Below, one piece after another: positions 59,671-64,000 of a stretch of DNA of 64,000 nt. Below the pieces are notes generated by a model. It ran no database searches. It saw only the letters and a program-made list of their open reading frames with translations, and was not told where the DNA came from. The stretch covers positions 72,865 through 136,864 of the forward strand of contig CAJTXM010000001.1 of NCBI GenBank assembly GCA_910583545.1. Reading direction: 5' to 3'. Position numbers and translations under genes: made by a program. The stretch comes from an uncultured Christensenella sp. Its GTDB lineage: Bacteria; Bacillota; Clostridia; Christensenellales; Borkfalkiaceae. The stretch's first letter is position 1; each line of letters opens with the position of its first letter.

Positions 59671-60978
59671 ATGAAAAAACACTTGATTGCGGCATTGCTT
59701 GCTATGGTTATGTGTTTGGCGGCGCTTTCGGGCTGTACGTTGGTAAAGGGCTTCGAAAAGGACGTTCAGGTCGTACTCAACGTAAACGGAGAGTATCAGG
59801 GCTGCTACACGGTAAACATTTTCAACAATGCAATCGTTCCCGTTCCCGAGGCGCCTAAGGGCTTGAAGTTCTACGGCTGGACCGCGGAAGAAAACTGGGA
59901 AGAGGTCGGCGCAGACAACGTGCCCGTTACTGCGAACAAGGGGCTCGTGCGCTACGACGACGTCAAGGACTGGGTAAAGGGCGACGAGCTCAGCGTAACG
60001 CTCTATCCCGTATTCGGCGAAATCATCCGTCACGATATAGCAATCGCCTGGTACGACAAAGACAAGACGTCAGGGCTCAATGCTTCGGTAATGTCCGGAT
60101 TCGAAACTAAGTTAAACGCTTTCCTTAAAGAAAACGGCTACAACACCGAAGATATGGATATAGTTATCCGTGCCTATGCCGGCAACGTCGGTCCTACCTG
60201 TGACGCAATCCGTTCCGACGGCGATATCGATATTATGGTCGGTTGGTCGGATTACGCAAACCTCAGCGGTACGGGCGGTATGATGCCCGACGAAGTCCTT
60301 GAAAACCACGGAAATATTCTCATTAACCCCGACTTCAAGGCGCGCTACGCCGCAAAGCTTTACGAAAGCGAAACCGTCAACGCGGTTTACGGCTGGATAC
60401 TCGATACATATGCAGGCGAGGGCGGAGCAACGCTCGACTATAAGTACGAAGGAAACGACCCTGAACCAGAGCCTGAACCCGAACCCGAACCCGACGACCA
60501 GAGCGGTATTAAGTACACGATAGGCGCGGAAGACGTCATTTCCTTAAAAATAGGCTGCTACGGTCTTTTTAAAACCTCGGGTTTCAGCAATGAAATAAAA
60601 GCTAACTTCGAAGAGGGCTTAAAGGCTGCGCTTAAAGTTTGCGGCGCGTCCGACGAACAGCTTGCGGGCGTAGAGGTCAAATTCTACTGCCTTAAAGAAA
60701 CGGGCGATTCCGACAGCGAAACGGACGTAACGGCGCTCGATAAGGCTATCGAGGCGGATGGCGGCGTAAATATTCTTTTGGGCGGCAGAGCGCTTGCCAA
60801 AGACAAAGCGCCCTATCTCAATCCTTTGATTAAGGAATCGTCCGGCGATATGTCGATAGGTACCAGCAATAACAGAAAGGTAATAAGGTTTACAAACGAC
60901 GGACTTGCGCTTGCCGTTTACAACTGGATACTTTCGGCCGAGGGGCAGGCGCTGCTTGCTGCGCCTGCAACGGTATAA
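59671..60978 (+). CDS. Lipoprotein with an N-terminal Flg_new-like repeat and a (PE)n linker
   Basis: Lipobox LAALSGC. LKFYGWTAEENW. The DPEPEPEPEPEPDD linker is encoded at about 60458-60495. Confidence 0.7.
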   Translation: MKKHLIAALLAMVMCLAALSGCTLVKGFEKDVQVVLNVNGEYQGCYTVNIFNNAIVPVPEAPKGLKFYGWTAEENWEEVGADNVPVTANKGLVRYDDVKDWVKGDELSVTLYPVFGEIIRHDIAIAWYDKDKTSGLNASVMSGFETKLNAFLKENGYNTEDMDIVIRAYAGNVGPTCDAIRSDGDIDIMVGWSDYANLSGTGGMMPDEVLENHGNILINPDFKARYAAKLYESETVNAVYGWILDTYAGEGGATLDYKYEGNDPEPEPEPEPEPDDQSGIKYTIGAEDVISLKIGCYGLFKTSGFSNEIKANFEEGLKAALKVCGASDEQLAGVEVKFYCLKETGDSDSETDVTALDKAIEADGGVNILLGGRALAKDKAPYLNPLIKESSGDMSIGTSNNRKVIRFTNDGLALAVYNWILSAEGQALLAAPATV

Positions 60979-60989
60979 GGAGGCAGGAT

Positions 60990-63488
60990 ATGTTTTTGAA
61001 AAGTAAATTAATGAAATCGGCGTCGATATGTTCTTACGTATTCACCGCGCTGTGGTTCGTGTTATGCGCTTCCTTTTTTGCGCTGTCCAACAACTGGTAC
61101 TGGGCTTTCCTCATATTCGCGCTCGTAAGCCTGTATAACGGCTTCGTGATAACTTCCGTAAGGGAAAAGATGACAAGCGTCGAACTGAGCAAAACCGAAA
61201 ATACGAAATTTCTCGTATGCTGGATTTTAAGCATCGTTTGCCTGCCTGCGTTTATTCTGTGCGGTATCGCGTATTTCCGCAAAACCGAAGATGAAATTAC
61301 GGTCCGCAGAAATACGGTTAAAGAAGAGGCGGTCGGGGAGGCCGTGACGGCTGAACCCGTTCAGCCTGCCGAAGAAAAGAAATCTTTGAAAGCAAGCGTA
61401 AAAAAATTCTGCAAAGCAAAGAGTTTTATTACGGCGTGCGTTGCTTTTGCTTTGATTTTCGTTGCAAGCTTTACTGCAATGTGCTTCGAAACTTCGGGTT
61501 TTTCCGTCGGCGTTTCAGACTTTACCCTGACCCGCGAAATGACGCTTGCGTATAACGAGGGTAAAATTCACGATAAGCAGTATGCGATACCTCTCACCGT
61601 CACCGACGACGGCAAGGAGCACGAAACTTCTTATTCGGTAACTATGTATAAGCCCGATTCGGCAACGGAAGAAAACCCTGCGCCCGTCGTATTCGTGCTT
61701 CCCGGTTTTACGCGTACGAAAGCGACTATGGCTCAGTACTGCATAGAACTTTCAAGACGCGGTGCGGTGGTGTTCTGTTCCGACCCCGGCGGTCAGGGCG
61801 GTACTACGGAAAACTCCTCGACGGGCGCTCACGGTATTGAATACCTCGTTCAGTACGTCTACAATAATTCCGACGACTTCAAATTCTGCGATAAAAACCG
61901 CTTCGGCGCGGTAGGGCACTCGCAGGGCGGCGGAAACGTTATCACCCTTGCTTCCGATATGGCGGGCGCGGATTATAACGACAGCATTATAAAATCGGTT
62001 TACAATTCGGGCTACATAAAGACCTCGGCTGCAAATAAGTTCAAAAATCTCAACTGCAACGCAGCTATGTCTTACGCCTATTACGACGAGGGCGCGTATC
62101 GCTATCAGTCGGATTCGACCGCGTTCGAGGTGATAGGTCTGCGTTTCATAAACGAGATTAACGGCGCGGCAAACTCTTTCGATACAGTCGCTTACGACTA
62201 CGGTTACGGCGATATGTCAAACGGAACTTACAGAATAGTACACCGCGAAAAGATAAATCACTGCTTCGAAATGTACGACAGAGTCAGTATTGCAAACACC
62301 GTCGATTTCTTCAACGAAACGCTGAATATGGGCTCGGATAACGGCGGTTTGAATCAGATATGGTTCGGCAAGGAATTCTCTAACGGAATAGCGCTTGCGT
62401 CCGCGTTCACGTTTGTGCTTGCACTGTGCGGAGTTTTGATGAATATTCCGTTCTTCAAGAGCATTAAAGCGGGTGTTAAGAGTAAAAACGGCGAAAAGGC
62501 GGAAGGCACGGCGGACGGTGTTCCGGCAGAGGGCGGAAACGTTTCGGGCGAAATGAGTTCCGTTGCTAAGGCTAAAATGGTTACCGCTCCCGAAATAGCG
62601 AAAAAGAGCGTTGCGCATAAAGTGATATTCTGGTCGTGTATGATTCTTACGGCGATAATCGCCTGCCTCGACTATATCCCCCTTGCAAATCTTTCCATAG
62701 AAATTTTCCCGACAAGCAATCTTGCAAGCGTGTTCACGTTCACATTCCCCGCGCGTATGATCAACGCAATACTTCTTTGGGCGGCGATAAACGGCGCAGT
62801 GGGGCTTGCGATATTCTTCGGAACGACCGCGCTTGAAAATCTTTACGAATATACTATGTACAAAGTAAAGGGCGTACAGCCCCGCTACGACTGGGCTAAG
62901 TTCGGTGATATAAAAATCCGCGGAAACGGCTGGAAAAACGTCGTCATCAACGTTTTGAAAAGCTTGCTTATCGCGCTTATTATGTTCGCTTCGTTCTATT
63001 TCCTTGTTCAGCTTTCTTACTGGATATTCCATCAGGATTTCAGATTTATGCTTGTTTCCGCAGCTCCGCTGAATGCAAGAATGTTTGTGACGGCACTGGA
63101 ATATATGCCTTTCATATTCGTTTTCTATATCTCGAACTCGATAAGAGTAAATTGCAGTATAGGCAGAGAGGGCTGGAAGGAGTGGAAAGTTCTGCTGGTC
63201 GGCGCACTTGCAAACAGCATCGGACTTGCGTTCATTCTTCTTATAAATTATGTGTGCTACTTCACGACAGGCTCGCCGTACTACGGCAACTGGGGCAGCG
63301 GCAACAACGAAGTCTGGCTGTTCGTGAATATGGTATTCGGACTCGTGGTAATGATGTTTATACTTCCCATTTTCAACAGATTAACCTATAAGGCTACGGG
63401 CAACGTATGGACGGGCGCGATTGCGTGGTGTATGATTTTCGTTATGATGACTATATCGGCATCCGTATCGTACATACCGATGTACTGA
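60990..63488 (+). CDS. Polytopic membrane protein with an embedded alpha/beta-hydrolase domain
   Basis: N- and C-terminal TM bundles. The central domain has VFVLPGFTRTK and the nucleophile elbow GAVGHSQGG. Confidence 0.7.
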   Translation: MFLKSKLMKSASICSYVFTALWFVLCASFFALSNNWYWAFLIFALVSLYNGFVITSVREKMTSVELSKTENTKFLVCWILSIVCLPAFILCGIAYFRKTEDEITVRRNTVKEEAVGEAVTAEPVQPAEEKKSLKASVKKFCKAKSFITACVAFALIFVASFTAMCFETSGFSVGVSDFTLTREMTLAYNEGKIHDKQYAIPLTVTDDGKEHETSYSVTMYKPDSATEENPAPVVFVLPGFTRTKATMAQYCIELSRRGAVVFCSDPGGQGGTTENSSTGAHGIEYLVQYVYNNSDDFKFCDKNRFGAVGHSQGGGNVITLASDMAGADYNDSIIKSVYNSGYIKTSAANKFKNLNCNAAMSYAYYDEGAYRYQSDSTAFEVIGLRFINEINGAANSFDTVAYDYGYGDMSNGTYRIVHREKINHCFEMYDRVSIANTVDFFNETLNMGSDNGGLNQIWFGKEFSNGIALASAFTFVLALCGVLMNIPFFKSIKAGVKSKNGEKAEGTADGVPAEGGNVSGEMSSVAKAKMVTAPEIAKKSVAHKVIFWSCMILTAIIACLDYIPLANLSIEIFPTSNLASVFTFTFPARMINAILLWAAINGAVGLAIFFGTTALENLYEYTMYKVKGVQPRYDWAKFGDIKIRGNGWKNVVINVLKSLLIALIMFASFYFLVQLSYWIFHQDFRFMLVSAAPLNARMFVTALEYMPFIFVFYISNSIRVNCSIGREGWKEWKVLLVGALANSIGLAFILLINYVCYFTTGSPYYGNWGSGNNEVWLFVNMVFGLVVMMFILPIFNRLTYKATGNVWTGAIAWCMIFVMMTISASVSYIPMY

Positions 63489-63501
63489 TAAATCAATTAA
63501 T

Positions 63502-63530
63502 AAAAAAGTCGGCGGCAGCCGACTTTTTTA
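63502..63530 (+). terminator. Rho-independent terminator
   Basis: AAAAAGTCGGC ggca GCCGACTTTTT followed by TA TTT. Confidence 0.85.
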
Positions 63531-63632
63531 TTTGCTGATTTTTTTGTGGAAGAATTAAGTGGCGCGCAGCCGTGCGCTCGTTTATTCAAGCACCCGCCAC
63601 AGTGCCATTTTACTTTTGACGGCTTTATACGG

Positions 63633-63661
63633 TTGAAAAATCGTATTATATGTGCTATAAT
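63633..63661 (+). promoter_or_regulatory. Sigma-A-type promoter
   Basis: TTGAAA, 17-nt spacer, TATAAT. It lies 50 nt upstream of the ATG at 63711. Confidence 0.55.
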
Positions 63662-63710
63662 AAATTTACTCAAATTGTGCGATAAACAGTAATTTAGCGG
63701 AGAGGAAACG

Positions 63711-64000
63711 ATGACGAATGAAGATATATTGCAAGTTGCAATGCGCCAATCGGCTGTCGATTTGGGGTGTAATGCAGAAGATTTTTTGAGCAGTCGAAAT
63801 AAAATCGTAATCTCGAAACAAAACAGCGCGGCGCGGAAATATCTCGAACTTCCGTTTGCATGCGATCTTGTTTCGTATGGAAACAATATTGTAGCGTCGG
63901 TTCGCGAGGATATTAAGAAAACGGTAAAAGATTATATCGAGCGGTATCAAATTGAACATTGTTTTGAAACGCCGAATTTGAATGCTTTCAGCGACGCTTT
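63711..64000 (+). CDS. Hypothetical protein, N-terminal fragment (runs off the window)
   Basis: GGAGAGG RBS. MTNEDILQVAMRQSAVDLGCNAEDFLSSRNKIVISKQNSAARKYLELPFACDLVSYGNNIVASV... has no stop before the window ends. It is absent from the ORF track because it is open-ended. Confidence 0.6.
   Translation, partial: MTNEDILQVAMRQSAVDLGCNAEDFLSSRNKIVISKQNSAARKYLELPFACDLVSYGNNIVASVREDIKKTVKDYIERYQIEHCFETPNLNAFSDA

Noticed and set aside
60458-60495. Short DNA repeat (cctgaaccagagcctgaacccgaacccgaaccc) as a microsatellite or CRISPR-like element
   Set aside because: It simply encodes a (Pro-Glu)n interdomain linker inside a lipoprotein gene. No spacer-repeat structure exists anywhere in the window.
63497-63959. 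Minus-strand ORFs 63497-63886 and 63666-63959
   Set aside because: They overlap a terminator, a good promoter and an open-ended plus-strand ORF (from 63711) that has an RBS. The plus-strand reading is preferred.
1-64000. tRNA, rRNA or tmRNA genes as integration targets
   Set aside because: I could not recognise any cloverleaf-like or conserved RNA gene sequence near the recombinase genes or elsewhere. A tRNAscan/Infernal run is needed for certainty.

Overview
64-kb window from a Gram-positive, Clostridia-like chromosome (GGAGG-type ribosome-binding sites, lipobox lipoproteins, many rho-independent terminators). All motifs and coordinates were read and counted by hand, with no database searches. 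The window has two parts. (1) nt 1 to about 22,288 is visibly AT-richer accessory DNA made of stacked mobile elements. In order it holds: the 3' end of a prophage late operon (tail-fibre genes with HylP/Mtd-type N-termini, a membrane protein, a holin and a strong terminator, but no endolysin); an overlapping pair of large serine recombinases; a three-gene cargo cassette (membrane-anchored protein, minimal Pol-beta nucleotidyltransferase, 460-aa coiled-coil protein); an XRE regulator divergent from an operon of AAA_25 ATPase, a third serine recombinase and three small paralogues; a second cargo block (unknown 422-aa and 91-aa proteins, a PIN_12-like nuclease with Zn ribbon, a metallophosphoesterase, an SGNH hydrolase); and a tyrosine integrase with a degenerate MobV/Pre-like gene. 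This region ends at an abrupt composition jump next to a truncated host gene. (2) nt about 22,289 to 64,000 is GC-richer core DNA. It holds a frameshifted esterase, a repeat lipoprotein, an OYE/FAD oxidoreductase, a maltodextrin locus (surface lipoprotein, LacI regulator, GH13 enzyme, MalEFG-like transporter, oversized MalK-like ATPase), rarA, a ZIP transporter, an M60-like peptidase, a permease, a decayed TIR gene remnant, an operon of aldo/keto reductase, release-factor-like protein, SF1 helicase, coiled-coil protein and GLUG protein, MgtC, a CNNM/CorC-type gene with a leader attenuator, ppa, a LysR regulator, malic enzyme and envelope proteins. No rRNA, tRNA or CRISPR array was recognised. 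The best candidate for an undescribed system is the nucleotidyltransferase cassette at 5704-8875. Secondary candidates are the fourfold-repeated unknown domain attached to the third recombinase (11810-13862), the PIN_12 block (13933-16953), and an AAGGTTGCAA motif that marks module boundaries.
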